The notes under the pieces are model-generated. The model searched no databases. It was not told the DNA's origin and was given only the letters and a program-made list of their open reading frames with translations. The translations under genes were made by a program, and so were the position numbers. From Octopus vulgaris (Eukaryota), in the NCBI GenBank assembly GCA_951406725.2, contig OX597833.1, positions 41,044,001-41,108,000 of the forward strand: 64,000 nucleotides of DNA, written 5' to 3'. The first letter of the stretch is position 1, and each line of letters opens with the position of its first letter. Shown here one piece after another: positions 30,272 through 44,814 of the stretch.

Positions 30272-30820
30272 GAACCGTTTTCTTTTTAAAGGTGTAGAGA
30301 AAAGATGATTGTGTTGTAGGTTCGTCTTTTGCATCAATTTTGTTTCGCCTTCTTTCATATTTTCATGAAACTTCCAAAACTTTTCATGAAAATTCCTAAT
30401 ATTTCCTAACTTTACCATCAGCTATTGTAGACTTTCACGGTCTTATCGTGGAATGAGGTTATATAGGTGATTACTGATGGAAGCAATAGGCAAAAGGCAG
30501 CACAATGCTGTAAACTTATTCACAATCAACATTCACTCTTTATAAACAAAAGCAAACATATGACTATTGACGTATAAACTAAACGGTCAAATTTCAAAAT
30601 TTTGCAGTAATAGATACACTTTCACAATGTTGGCTCTGTCGTAAAGGATCAAGAACACACGCCATCTTTACGACATCCTGAAGACAGGGCCATTAAAGTT
30701 CTAAAGACTATAATAATGCGCTTAGGAAAGTAGTGTTTTAAAGAAATTTCAAAATAGTCATAGGCCGAACCTTCGTAAGATAAAACTAGAGTAATCATAT
30801 TTTTAATGCAAAATATATAT

Positions 30821-30879
<59 letters not shown>

Positions 30880-31079
30880 ATGTTGTGAGACTTCAAATAG
30901 AAAAGCACTCAATCAATTAAGAGAGTAAAGATAAGGTTACAATAAAAACCACAAGGGTTTCTTGGTCGAAATAACTTATTTCGCCATTTTTCAAGCTAAG
31001 AACAAGGCCGTTGTTTTTTTGAACAGATGACGTTTGAACAAGAGACGCTGGTAAGTAAGAAGACAAGAAGAAAAATTAT

Positions 31080-31990
31080 TGCATGGTTTCTTTTCCGAGT
31101 CCTCATTACTGTGATCTCTTTGTTATTTGGGGCATATCCCAGATGACTGTGGTCAGCTTGTTGTCATGTATCGTGCTTTGCACATATATCCTTTCCTATT
31201 TGTTTTCATATCGTTGAGTTAGCATATTGCCCCGTGAATATAAATGCTCTCTCAAACATGTCTGCATATATGTACCGTAAATCCTCGAGTATTGTCCGCC
31301 CTAGAGTATAATACGCAGGGGATTTTTAGGGAGTTGTACCTCTGAAAAACCTAAACCTTGTGTATAATACACACCTCTTCTCTAACTTGAGTCAAAGAGG
31401 TATATATAACGTCCTTGGTTTGTAAAAATGTATACGGTAACGTCCTTTATTATCATTGTATATATAACATAATGCAAACGTGTAGCATTTTGTGCATTTT
31501 GTTTGCAGAAAATAAAGAAATAACAGTAATAACGTTTAATAAATGTTGCTAACTGCAAGTTATGGATGATTTAAGGTATTTTCACGCCCGATATCACAAA
31601 ATGCGTCTGAATAAACATTGCCAGACAGCAAATAGAGACTCGGACATTGCTTAGAAAATAATTTTCATTTTTAATCTCGTATATAGTACGCACTAGGGAT
31701 TTTGACCTTTAAATTTTGGGGAAAAAAAGTGCGGACTATACCCGAGGATTTACGCTATTCAGATTTGTCAAGGAGTAGGCAGTTGTGGATCATGTGGTCA
31801 ACCGTTTCGTTATATTGGTTACAAATTCTGCATTCACTTGACGTTTAAGTCTGTTTTCCCTATTTTGCTCTTATAATTGTCTGGGGTCAGGTGTCGGTCT
31901 TGTACAGCTAGAATCAGTCCCTCCGTTTCTGCTTTTAGTTTGGAAGTTTCGAGCTATTGTAGGCTTTAACTTTGGCTTACTTTCTCTCTG
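31080..31990 (-). mobile_element. REL-type (R4/NeSL/HERO-like) LINE fragment interrupted by a MITE
   Basis: Minus strand reads LKAETEGLILAVQD, then the CCHC knuckle CRICNQYNETVDHMIHNC, then after the MITE YICRH and VIWD. Confidence 0.75.
31275..31755. mobile_element. pogo/Tigger-like MITE, copy 2
   Basis: TIRs CCGTAAATCCTCGAGTATTGTCCGC / GCGGACTATACCCGAGGATTTACGC with TA flanks; homologous to 157-669. Confidence 0.88.
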
Positions 31991-32365
31991 CCGAGCTTTG
32001 ATTAGTATTAGCCGGGGAATGGTTGTTCCTCTCTATTTCTTTTTTGAATGTTTTGTGATTCTGTAGTCGAGTCTTTTGTCTCTTTAATCATGTCTGTTGC
32101 GTAGTTATATGAATGCAATGTCTCAGTATAGTTTCTTTTTACTTGGTTTTCTTGTGTCCAGAGAAACTGTGATGTGTGTGTGCGCGCGCGTGTGTGTATG
32201 TGCGTATGTGTGTCCACGCTCAACTTGTGTGCAGGGTTGGTATATTCTGCCCATACCAACCTGCTTAGAGTAGTGTCTGCTTTGGAGTAGTGACTTCGAT
32301 ACTCTGTCAATAGTCAATCTCCAAATCTTTTAACTCACTTAACTGCGTATTCCTTATTATTATTA

Positions 32366-32476
<111 letters not shown>

Positions 32477-32799
32477 TGTCTATGTTTGTCCTCATCCCCA
32501 CCATCGCTTGACGATCGATGCTGGTGTTTTTATGTCCCGGTAACTTAGCGCTTCGGCAAAAAGAGACCGATAGAATAAGTACCAGGCTTACAAAGCATGA
32601 TTAAGCCAGTATAGCAGCAAGCCTGTCAGATCACGTCAGCTTCACATTATGTGATTTTGATAGTGCTATGACGTTAATTAGTAACTATTCTCATTTCTAT
32701 CCAAGTAACAGTTTTATTATATACTATGTGGAAATGTGTTCATACATACATACCAGCCGAATTAGCATAACTCAAAGAGGACCTGGAAGTGATACGCTC

Positions 32800-33060
32800 A
32801 GCGTACCAAAAAAGACCATGCATGGGTATGTTTCTGGAAGACTTGAAGAAGATAGTAACATTGACATGAAGCGAAGACTCGTGTAGACTACATCACATCA
32901 TACTTTGAAGGCTATGCATTTGCAATCCAAAAACAAGAGGCTGCTACAAAATACCTAATCAATGAAAGAGACAGTGAAGCCCTTTGAGCTCCAAGATGCA
33001 ACCGAAAAACCGAAAATGTAGATTATGTCATATTTCTGTGGAAGACATCACATATCACTT
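32800..33060 (+). mobile_element. REL-type LINE fragment
   Basis: Reads KKTMHGYV...ITSYFEGYAFAIQKQEAATKYL, the KxxHG / EGxxxAIQxQ region downstream of RT. Confidence 0.62.
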
Positions 33061-33117
33061 CCACTCTCTTTCCCTTTCATATTTATTTTAAACTTTCTCC
33101 GCTTAGACAGCTTCTCA

Positions 33118-33153
<36 letters not shown>

Positions 33154-34148
33154 CTCTCTTTCTCTTTCATGTTTTATCAAACGTACGAAGAAACAACGTG
33201 AACAGGAAATACTGATTTCCAATTTTGGCACAAGGCCAGCAATTTTGGGGAGGGGGTAAGTCGATTACCTCGAACCCAGTGTTCAACTGGTACTTATTTC
33301 GTCAACTTCTCGAAAGGATGAAATGTACAGTCAACCTCGGCGGAATTTGAAGTCAGAGCATGAAAAAAGGATGAAATATCGCTCAGCATTTTGCCCGGCG
33401 TGTAAACGATTCCGCCAGCTCGCCGCCTTGACTGAACAGGAAATATCAAATCAAAATATTGAGCCAAATTGACACAGAACAACCCAAGCTACAACAGATC
33501 ACAGCAGAAGGGAATACAAACACTTTGTAATTAAGTACTCGTTGTTCGTCCATTTCTCTTACTCTCTTCTCTGTGTGCCATTATTTTTACTTAAAAGCAC
33601 ATGGTAATACTCTCCTTCTTTATATGAGTTCGTTAAATCGCAGTACCGTATTGCTCTCGCTAATATTTTCTGATTCTAATGACTGCAGTAGCGATATTGC
33701 ATTGTACACGGCACAATGATAAATATACAATATTTATAAGTTAATCAAGGCGGTGAGATGATAGAATCGTTAGCATGCTGAGTAAAATGCTTAGCCGAGT
33801 TCAAATTCCGTCGCAGTCGACTTCGCCTTTCATCTTTTCAGGGTCGATAAAATAAGTACCAGTTTAATACTAGCTTCGATGTAACCTACCTAGTCCATCC
33901 CCCGAGCTTGCTGACCTTGTGTGAAAATTTGAAATCAATACTAATAAATTATAAATTATAGGCTCCGGGTTCAGTCCTTTGGGCAAGTGTCTTCTACTAT
34001 AGCCTCGGGCCGACCAAAGCCTTGTGAGTGGATTTGGCAAACACACCAGCATCGGTTGTCAAGCGATGTCGGGGGGGGTGGGGGACAAACACAGACACAC
34101 AAACATATACACACACATGTCTATATATACACACAAATATATACACAC

Positions 34149-34191
<43 letters not shown>

Positions 34192-34928
34192 TATTGCCGT
34201 CAGACAGCATGTGTGTGTATATATATTAATTCAATCTGTACTTTCTAAAGGGCCAATCAAACAAGTCCATTGACTTTTTAAAGGTGTGGTGTGTTTAAGC
34301 CCCCGTATACTTAGCGATTCGGAATAAGATACCGAAAGAATAAGTACTAGGCTTACAAAGAATAAGTAACCTGGAGTCAATTTGCTCGACTAAAGGCGGT
34401 GCTCTACCACTGGTATTTGGTACTCTTTTTCCACCTTGTTTCAATTTATGACTGAAGCAAGTAAAAGAGTAAAAGAGTATATATATATGTACGTGTGTGA
34501 AATGTTTGTGTGTCTGTGTTTGTCAGCCCCACATCGCTGGTGTGTTTAATTACTTAGCGTAATTTTTCGGCATAATAGCTTTGACATACAAGTCCTGGGG
34601 TCGGTGGCCACAGCAAATGACTGAAACAAGCAAAAGAGTAAACTATCCCAACCATATTGGAAATGTCTTAGCATTTCCACATCGTTGTTCGATATTTTTT
34701 TCTCAATAGCTTTGACATACAAGTTACAGCAGTGAAAAAAAGGTGGAGCAATCAAACAATGTGCAATGAATTAACATCAAAATTAAACAACCAAACAAAA
34801 AAACGGTAATTGTCGTTATAAGAGCAATGGCATTCGAAAATTGTATCAGTTGTTTAGATTTGCTTCAATATGTTTAGAAATTCAACATTGCTATTGACAT
34901 AACATTCTTCGTGGAAACACACACACGT

Positions 34929-35306
34929 GCGAGGGTTCTTCCGAGAATAATTCGAAAGAAAGCACAACTTTTTATTAACTGATAAGGGTCGTTCAAATTG
35001 TTCATATTAATTAAGTAAATCTTCCTTTATACAAACGCACTACTCAACACAGTCTCCGTAACGAACGATACATTTGTGCCATCGCAGAATCCAACTCTCG
35101 AGTTATCTTTGAAAAAGTTCAGATATGCACTTTGGTAACCACATCTTCAAAGCGACTTTCATCTCGTCTGTCTCATCAAATCATTGTCTATGAAGACTTT
35201 CTGTTACTGGACCAAGCAAGTGCAAATCTGGAGGTGCCAAATCCAGACTGTACTATGAATGGAAGACCACTGACCAGCCCAATTTACCGATTGCCTTATT
35301 TGTTTC

Positions 35307-35340
<34 letters not shown>

Positions 35341-36132
35341 CGTAACATTGTCACGGTTAATGCGGATCACTCCTAGATCCTATTTCTCTTCCTTCTGATG
35401 GCTTCTCTAAGCGTTTTGTGTGTCTCGGTATACTGTTCGTCATTCATAGTACAGCTACGTTCCAAAAGTTGAAAGAAAATGCCGCCTTTGTTATTCCCAA
35501 ACACACAGTCATCATGATTTTCTGTGCATATCACCGGCTCTTGAACTTCTTAAACTTAAGAAAAGAACTCTGACGCCATTCCATGAACTAGACTTCTTTA
35601 CCGGATCATAAAAGCGCGCCCACGTTTCACTCCCATTTCATCAGATCGGTACTGAAACGTGTTTTCATTAGCTTCAAATGCTTCCATCAGATCAGAGCAG
35701 ACATCTGCACCTCTCTCCTTCAAACTGGGTGCCAGCTGTCGAAGTATCCAATGCTCAAAATCTTCCACCACCAACTGTAATGCGTTGTGACAATAGACGA
35801 GTTGTGCAGCAGGCCCATGGGTTGTGATTCGTCTGTGTGCGTGAATCATTTCGTCCACTCGCTGGCTGGTGATTCGTGTCGATGGTCTCAGATGATGGAC
35901 TCCTACCGCATATTTTCTCATCCCCTTCTTCTTCGTCTTCGTCTATCTGTGCACATTGTTTTCTCAATGATGTCATCTCCAAATATAGCCTGTAGCCTTT
36001 TGTGAACGCTGCACAGTCTAAACTACTTCCTTCCCCGAGAATGCAGTGATAGCATGTTGTTTCAATTTAAAACCCATCATTTGCTTGCAGTGAAGAATGG
36101 AGAGGAGACTTTTTACAGAGGAGTTTCCTCTA
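34929..36132 (-). mobile_element. Old decayed mariner-like element
   Basis: Minus strand reads SLDLAPPDLHLLGP (about 35205-35250; cf. YSPDLAPSDFHLFGP) and GRSPSS...RVDEMIHAHRRITT (HTH region). Ends are weak. Confidence 0.65.
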
Positions 36133-36289
36133 TCATGTGCAAATTTAATAACCTTCACCATTTAGTAAAAAAAAATGTTGTCCATCTTCGCATTGCTTTT
36201 GTATATGTCTGTGTGTGTGTGTGTGTATGAGTGTGTATATCTCTGTGTGTGTGTGTGTGTGTGTATAGGTCTCTGTATATTGCACGCAT

Positions 36290-36493
36290 TTTTTTTCTCT
36301 CCTTCTTTCTGTGTTTCTTCTCTGTGTATCTTTCTGTTAAAGAGCGTAGGCTCGAAACGTTAAAGACTTGTTTTATTTATATTTCCTGAGCGCCATACGA
36401 ATACAATTGTTTGTTTGTATTCCACCTGCCTTCGTCTTTTGTTTATTTCCGTAAACCTGCCTTCGTCTTTTGTCTATTTTCATAAAGCTTCCA

Positions 36494-36495
<2 letters not shown>
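36290..36495 (+). mobile_element. Longest family D copy, with HHR variant at 36329-36366 and 3' end running into (TA)n
   Basis: UCUUU-CUGUUAA-AGAGC-GUAG-GCUC-GAAAC-GUU-AAAGA; 5-bp stem I; AACGUU palindrome at stem III. Confidence 0.72.
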
Positions 36496-36569
<74 letters not shown>

Positions 36570-36766
36570 CACATATACATATATGTCACTCTACCAGCAT
36601 GTGACACAATACACACACACAACACACACACACACATACACACACACACATAACATATATATACATGCACATACACTCATACATACATATACATACACAC
36701 ACTCACACATGCATACACACTCATCATACATACATACATACATACATACATACATACATACATACA

Positions 36767-36798
<32 letters not shown>

Positions 36799-36808
36799 CA
36801 TACATACA

Positions 36809-36842
<34 letters not shown>

Positions 36843-37076
36843 AAGAAAATGAAAGAGGAAGAGAAAGAAGCAGACAGATACAGACAGACGCATACAGATT
36901 GACAGAGACAAACACACACACACACGTACAGGCAAACAGATGCAGGCAGATAGACAGACAGACAGACCAAGCAACTTAATCTTTGTCTCACATGGTACAG
37001 CAACTATTCGATGTTGTAATCCTTTAAGCAAGCTAGTTGTCGGTACATCACCGACTCGTGACAGAACTCATTCCAT

Positions 37077-37283
37077 CTTTTACTTGTTTCAGTCATTTGA
37101 CTGTGGCCATGCTGGAGCACCGCCTCTCGTCGAGCAAATCGACCCCAAGACTTATTCTTTGTAAGCCTAGTACTTATTCTATCGGTATCTTTGCCGAACT
37201 GCTAAGTTACGGGGACTTAAACACACCAGCATCGGTTGTCAAGCGATGTTGGGGGGACTAACACAGACACACACACAAACACA

Positions 37284-37331
<48 letters not shown>

Positions 37332-37511
37332 TATATATATACATATATATAGGATGGGTTTCTTTCAGTTTCCGTCTACCAAATCCACTCACAAGGCTTT
37401 GGTCGGCCCGAGGCTATAGTAGAAGATACTTGCCCAAGGTTCCACGCAGTGGGACTGAACCTGCGGCCATGTGGTTGGTAAACAAGCTACTTACCGCACA
37501 GTACTCCTGCG
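37077..37511 (-). mobile_element. SINE family A, near full length
   Basis: Colinear with 54147-54553. Confidence 0.88.
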
Positions 37512-38135
37512 TCTTCCCTCATCTTCATACTGCTGCCGTGCATGCACCGCTTATCGTGAAGCAAGGATTTCTAAAAGTTAGCCATAATAGTAGCTAGACC
37601 AGGAAGTTCTCCGGAAACGATTCCCCCTATGAACCATCGCCGACGCCCAGAGAAACCCTTAAGCAATTGTAATAATACTGAACATCTGTTACCCTCATTG
37701 GAACAAAATGAGAGCTGTTACATATTATGTTACAGTATTAGTAACAGGTGAATGAAACGCATACGTGCTAGAGTTTTGATGTTCCGTTAGAGAGAATAAA
37801 CTTCACTAGGAGACACCCATTGTTCTTAGTGTTCACTCCCTCCACACACACACACACACACATACACACACACACACACACATGCATACATACATATATA
37901 ATTATATACCTACACGCACACATAAACGTGCATAGTCACATGTTAGCAGGCAAACATATGCATGTACACAGACAGAGGCATGGCTGTGTAGTAAGTAGCT
38001 TGTTTACCAACTACATGGTTCCGGGTTCAGTCCCACTGTGGGACCTTGGGCAAGTGTCTTCTACTATAGCCTCGGGCCGACCGAAGCCTTCTGAGTGGAC
38101 TTGATAGTCGGAAACTGAAAGAAGCCCGTCGTGTA

Positions 38136-38184
<49 letters not shown>

Positions 38185-38376
38185 TATACAGTATAAATAT
38201 GTACATATATATACATATTATATATACTGCATATATATACTGTATATATATACAATATATATATATGTATATATATATATAATAAAAAGGGTAAATAATT
38301 TTTTCGTGGTTTTTTAGACAACCAACAATTATTTACCGGTAAATATATGTATATATATATATACTTTATGTACGTA

Positions 38377-38411
<35 letters not shown>

Positions 38412-39049
38412 TGCATATATACACACAGTATATATATATACTGCATATATATATATACTATGTGTATATATGTATATATACTGTATGTATGTATATATAT
38501 ATATTATGTTATTTCTTTACTGCCCACAAGGGGCTACACACAGAGGGGACAAACAAGGACAGACAAACGGATTAAGTTGATTATATCGACCCCATTGCGT
38601 AACTGGTACCGAGTTCAAATTCCGCTGAGGTCGACTATGCCTTTCATCCTTTCGGGGTCGATAACTTAAGTACCAGTTGCGTACTGGGGTCTGTGTAATC
38701 GATTTGCCCCCTCCACAAAAATTTTGGGCTTTGTGCCTAGAGTAGAACAGAATATAGAAACCAGCATTTTTTAACGAGATCTTTTCAATACGTTCTTTAC
38801 CATCCATCAAAATTTAAGGTCTTGTATCTCTATTGAAAGTAATTGGCATTTTACTTGTTTCAGTTATTTTGACTGCGGCCATGCTGGAGCACCGCCTTTA
38901 GCCGAACAAATCTTTTCCAAGACTTATTCTTTGTAAGCCTAGTACTTATTCTATCAGTCTCTGTTACCGAACCGCTAGATTACGGGGACATAAACACACC
39001 AGTATCAGTTGTCAAGCGATGATGGGTGGGGGACAAACACAGACACACA

Positions 39050-39099
<50 letters not shown>

Positions 39100-39393
39100 A
39101 AAGAATACAAAAATGGGACAAGAACGTAAAACATCCAGACAGATGATACAAAAAAGGGACAAGAAAAAACAAGGATGTGTCATTCGGAGTTTTCTTTCGT
39201 CAGTCGAGTTCCAGATTAGATTTGCAGTTTCGGCTGGTTATACTCGACACTGCTCCAATCTGGCCAACCCCAAGGAAAATCTAAGCTAAGAGCACTAGAT
39301 TACTTGGAAGAAAGCAGCGAATACATACAAAACCAAGGACGGGGGGGGGGGGCGTGGAGAAATGGTACACAAATACACGTGTGTGTGTGTGTG

Positions 39394-39426
<33 letters not shown>

Positions 39427-40044
39427 TGCATGCATGTATGTATGTATGTATGTATGTATGTATGTATGCATGCATGCATGTATGTATGTATGTATGTATG
39501 TATGTATGTATGTATGTATGTATGTATGTCTATCTAAAAGAGAATGAGTGGGACAGCTAAAGCGCAGGCTACAATCGTTTCATAGCAAGCTGATGTCAGT
39601 TAAGTAAGTAGTAACGAACACAAAGAAGCTTAGCTAATCTTCAGGTTTTCTTACCTCAACGTTATTTGGCAATGTAAACATCGTCGCGATAACAAAGATT
39701 AGCTAATCTGCCTTGTGTTTTTCCTACTTACGTAACTGATTACAGCTTGCTAAAGAAACAATTGTAGTCTGTGCTTTAACTGTTTCTCGCTTTATCTTTT
39801 GAATTTTTATTCTCATACTTGACAGCAATAGTTGCTAAACCCTGAGATGTGTGGTGACAGTCAGCTTATCGAAATTCCTTTTAACTTCCATATAGGAAGA
39901 AGTGTATAACTTACGACATTCATATTTTTTTCGTATACTGTTCACTTTTTGCCACCTGTACTAGCCGCGTAAATGTTTGAAGCGCACTAACTTCCTGCAC
40001 TTGGATCCTTGGAGCGTACTTGTTGTTTATATGTTTATATCTGT

Positions 40045-40081
<37 letters not shown>

Positions 40082-40124
40082 GCATACATATGTAATTATG
40101 TATGTGTATATAAATTTATGTATG

Positions 40125-40162
<38 letters not shown>

Positions 40163-40301
40163 CATACATACATACATACATACATACATACATACATGCA
40201 TGCATACATACATACATACATACGTACACGCACATATGCATACACACATACACACACACATACATTCATATATACATATGCTTATATTATATATGTGTGT
40301 G

Positions 40302-40334
<33 letters not shown>

Positions 40335-40559
40335 TAAAATTAAATAAGAGATTTGCTTGTCCATATACGTAAATATTAACAAGTGAAACCAATGGTACAT
40401 AGGTAATTGTTCTTTCTTTCGTATATTTTCACTTGCCTTGCTTATTTTTACATTTTGGTTTATTGCTGAGATTTTTCTTGAGAACGCATTCTTCGTGGTA
40501 ATGGCGATTTGACGTCTATGTTTAGCATATAGGCTGTTAGTGGTCAGTCCTCTAAATTT

Positions 40560-40604
<45 letters not shown>

Positions 40605-40679
40605 GAAAATACAAACTGGGACAAGAACGTAAAACATTTACAAGACGATACAAAAAACACGGACGGGACATTCGAAGCC

Positions 40680-40792
<113 letters not shown>

Positions 40793-41217
40793 CTGATAGA
40801 GAGGTGGAGAGAGGGGAAAGGGAAATAGAATTCTATGTCAGTACATACGAAGATTAAGTAGGAAATCTTTAATAATAGCAAGAAATTAATAAATGAATGA
40901 ATGAATGAATGAATGAATGATTCAACACACAGATGTAGCACACGTGAAATAGATTTTAAGAATCAGTTGTAATTTCATTCCCTGGTCCTTTGTTGCCTCT
41001 AGCAAAACGCAGCAACAACATTCTACTGCTTTCTTTCTATTCACGGGATGAAGGCGAGATCTTGAAGCATCAATGGACATGCAAACGTTATTGTTTGAAA
41101 TTAAGCAGATCAAACAAAGGTGTTATGCAAAAAAGCAAAAATCAGAAATTATTTAAATACAAGTGGCTAAAACCAAAGATAATTGTATTTCTTATAGAAA
41201 AAATTGTTTGGAACATA

Positions 41218-41284
<67 letters not shown>

Positions 41285-41432
41285 TGTGTGCGCGCGCGTA
41301 GAGGTGTGTGTGGGTGATGAATGGTGAATTCAAGATCAGAAACCAAAACAACTGAAATCAAACGGACGGACACAGCAAATATATCAATTTGACGCTCGGC
41401 GATAGCTTTAGATGGAAAATTGAAAGTAAAAA

Positions 41433-41467
41433 TCTGACGTTTCGAGCATGGCTCTTCGTCGGATAGA
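41433..41467 (-). ncRNA. Degenerate minimal hammerhead motif
   Basis: CCGACGA-AGAGC-CAU-GCUC-GAAAC-GUC-AGA; flanks resemble the 50690-50900 element; stem I is poor. Confidence 0.5.
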
Positions 41468-41603
41468 GGAGGAAAGTCCAAAGAAGAAAGGAGGAAAGAA
41501 CTGATAGTCAAAAGAAAAGCATGTTGACTGCTACATGGTTTTAAAAAATGTGCTTTTCGAAGGTATAACCTGCCTGTACGGACTTGCTCTGTGTGTGTAT
41601 ATT

Positions 41604-41659
<56 letters not shown>

Positions 41660-43238
41660 TGTAAGCGCAGGCAAGGGCTCATTTCATATTTTCATTTCAA
41701 CTAAAAGTTATTTATTTAGGTTTTTACGGTTTCATTAATTTACCTGTTCCTTTTCGTTACGTTCTTTTATTTTCTTATTTCTTCATACAGGTAACAGAAT
41801 GGAAGAAGAATGTTTGGACTAATTTGGCTTCGATCAATCTACCGATCTACACATTACCTGTTATCGATAATTAAATGTCAACTTTTACCAAATAAACACC
41901 GGGTAACTAAATTAAACCGGAGTGGAACTATACCAGTTTCCTACAAGTACTACGACAGCCATTACAAGTTTAACTAGTACTACCACTACTACAGAACATT
42001 ATTATAATCACCATCACTCTGCCACAGAGTGCTACTGCATCACCAGTACCATAACTGGTATTAAACCTACAACCACCACGAACTAATACCATGCATCACC
42101 CATTCACCAACTACCCTAAGACCAACCAACCTCAAAACTACCACTAAAACCATCGACCGGCTAGTCCCTTCCTTCATTAAACAATAATCACTGTTATCAT
42201 TCACCAAACATTAACCACCACAATTATTCATTAATCATCAAGTAAACACTAAGCATTTACTACCATCACCACCAACAATAACAACAACCGCTATTTATTA
42301 GATATTGTCTTTTCTACGATAAACACAAGGCCTAAAACTTTGGAGAAGGGTCTAGTCGATTACATCGACCCCCAGTGCGTAACTGGTAGTTATTTCGTCG
42401 ACCCCGAATGAAAAGGATGAAAAGCAAAGTTGGCTGAATTTGAACTCAGAACGTAAGCATTTTGCCCAGTGTGCTAACGATTCTGCCAGCTCGCCGCACT
42501 TTCCACTATATATTTATTATCACCAGCCAAAACCTACCAACCGACCACTACCACTACCGCAACCACTGCCACCACCACCACCACCTCTATCAGTACTAAC
42601 AACAACAACAACGACCAGTCACTAAGCAACTAACCAATCAACCAAAAGCCGCTTTACCAAGGAACCAATCATCATCACCGTTAAGCAAGACTCTTAGATA
42701 TCACCATGTGGAAGAATAAGAATCACTGATACAAGTCTACAATATGTGATGGGCTGGCTAGTAAAATCCTCGTCACGCGCACATGCACACATGTACTCAT
42801 ATATACATAAGCACATACATATATAAGTATATATAGAGAGATACATATAGGTACACATTTACGTACATAACGTTATATTCTCATGCACACAGACATACGC
42901 ACACATACACACACACACACACATTTATATAGGTAAATGTGCACACATGTGTACTCATAGATTTTCGTATTCATATACCGATTTATATATATTACATTTA
43001 TATACATAAACATACACATACATAGATATATGTATGCATATATACATACAAATACATATGCATACATACATATACATATAAACACACACATAACGGGTGA
43101 ATAAATAAACAGATAGGTAAATACATACACACACTCACACACACATATATACATACATATATATATACACAAATATACATACACACACACACACACACAC
43201 ATATATACATACATATATATACACACATACATATACAT

Positions 43239-43270
<32 letters not shown>

Positions 43271-43461
43271 TTATATATACACACACATACATATACATAT
43301 ATACATACATACATACACACACACACACATACACACACATGTATGCTCACACACGCGTAGAGGGGTGAAAGGGAGACAGAAGTAAAAAGAAAGAGAAGGG
43401 GGTACCAAATAGTAGCTCTCTGATTCAACACCCCCACCATCGCTAACACCCACTGACACAC

Positions 43462-43535
<74 letters not shown>

Positions 43536-43576
43536 CCTTCCCGTGAACTTTTTCCAAGTTGGCCTTCAGTAATGCG

Positions 43577-44017
43577 ATGCTCTCAAATGAGCTAAGAATG
43601 ATGATGCAGATAGCCAGCCTCCACCGCCACGCTCCTCCTCCACCGCCACCACCGCCGCCGCTACCACCACCACCACCACTACCACCGCAACTCGCACTAC
43701 CACCACCACCACCGCCACCACCACCACTACCACCGCCGCCGCCGCCGCCACCAGCAGTGGCATCGCCGTCACCGGAGCCCCTCCTTCCTCCACCGCCACC
43801 ACCTCCACCACTACCGCCACCGCGGCCGCCGCCGCCACCACCCCCGTCGCTTCAGCATCTGTCCAACAGCAACAAGAACAACAACAGTTGCGCCACAGCA
43901 ATGAAAAGACCGTCGTTTCTGATCAAAGACATTCTGGGATCGAATCACCATCGCCGCTGTTTCCAATCAAAGAAAGACTTAAACAGAGCGAATTCATTAT
44001 CCTCTTCATCATCCTCA

Positions 44018-44049
<32 letters not shown>

Positions 44050-44288
44050 ACCTTCATCATCGTCGCCGTCTTCACTATCGTCATCATCATCATCATCGTT
44101 ATCGTCATGTTTGTCATCATCATTATCATCGTCATCACCCTTGTTATCGCTGTCGTCGTCGTCGTCGTCGTGTGCTTCGTCATTGCTAGCCGACTGTACG
44201 TTGACTTTAACTCCGCCCTATCAACTTTACCCCGCCTTCCAGGCTTGTTTTGCCACGCCCCATGGAGCCTCGTTCTGCATACCAAGAC
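43577..44288 (+). CDS. First coding exon of a probable BarH-like/NK-class homeobox transcription factor (eh1 motif; homeobox exon not seen in window)
   Basis: ATG at 43577 opens a 237-codon reading MLSNELRMMMQ...poly-Pro...KRPSFLIKDILGS...poly-Ser...YQLYPAFQACFATPHGASFCIPR. It ends at a consensus donor C|GTAAGT (44288/44289, phase 1). FLIKDIL fits the eh1/FIL Groucho-binding motif typical of BarH proteins. Pro/Ser runs use mixed codons, unlike the pure repeats nearby. Confidence 0.72.
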
Positions 44289-44417
44289 GTAAGTAAAATG
44301 TTAAAAAAAATTATTCATTCAACATTCTTTCTTTTCTCTTTCTTTCTTTATGATTTATTTTTCTGTTTTTTGCTGTTTTTTATTCATATTTATATTTTCA
44401 CGTTTTGTACATTCAAA

Positions 44418-44814
44418 GGATCTTTTCGGTTTGAACGGCAGTTTTTAATATAATTTCTAGGTAACTAAAAAAATTTAAACTTCGTATACTGGTAGAATGT
44501 GTTTATAAAACATCTTTTTCTCTTGGCTTTATTGAGAAAATTCTATAGTTTGTAAGATATTTGTTGTTTTTTTTTTCTTCAATATCTGCAATTTCAACCA
44601 ATCAATTACGTCCATTGAGGTAAAAAACATTCTGTGCCGTATGAAACAGATTGGGTTTATTTACATTTGTGAAGAAAAAAAGATACCCTAACCCTAACTA
44701 ACCCTAACCCTAAAATAGATTGAAATGCAATAGATCGATACTAGGTTCATAATTATGGGTGACAATTTTATATGACACCGCTAGAAAAAACTCCCGTTCA
44801 AACCGAAAAGATCC
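44418..44814. mobile_element. Merlin-like MITE with 8-bp TSD and internal telomere-type repeats, in the putative intron 1
   Basis: TIRs GGATCTTTTCGGTTTGAACGG(C/G)AGTTTTT; TSD CATTCAAA at 44410-44417 and 44815-44822; GG...CC ends; CCCTAA units at 44686-44713. Confidence 0.85.

Noticed and set aside
41760-41880. Polypyrimidine tract plus CAG, a possible splice acceptor upstream of the exon
   Set aside because: No supportable ORF or donor follows; such tracts are common in AT-rich DNA.
43566-44292. Alternative-frame and antisense ORFs over the exon
   Set aside because: They are shadows of the Pro/Ser codon repeats; only the 43577 frame has a recognisable motif and ends at a splice donor.
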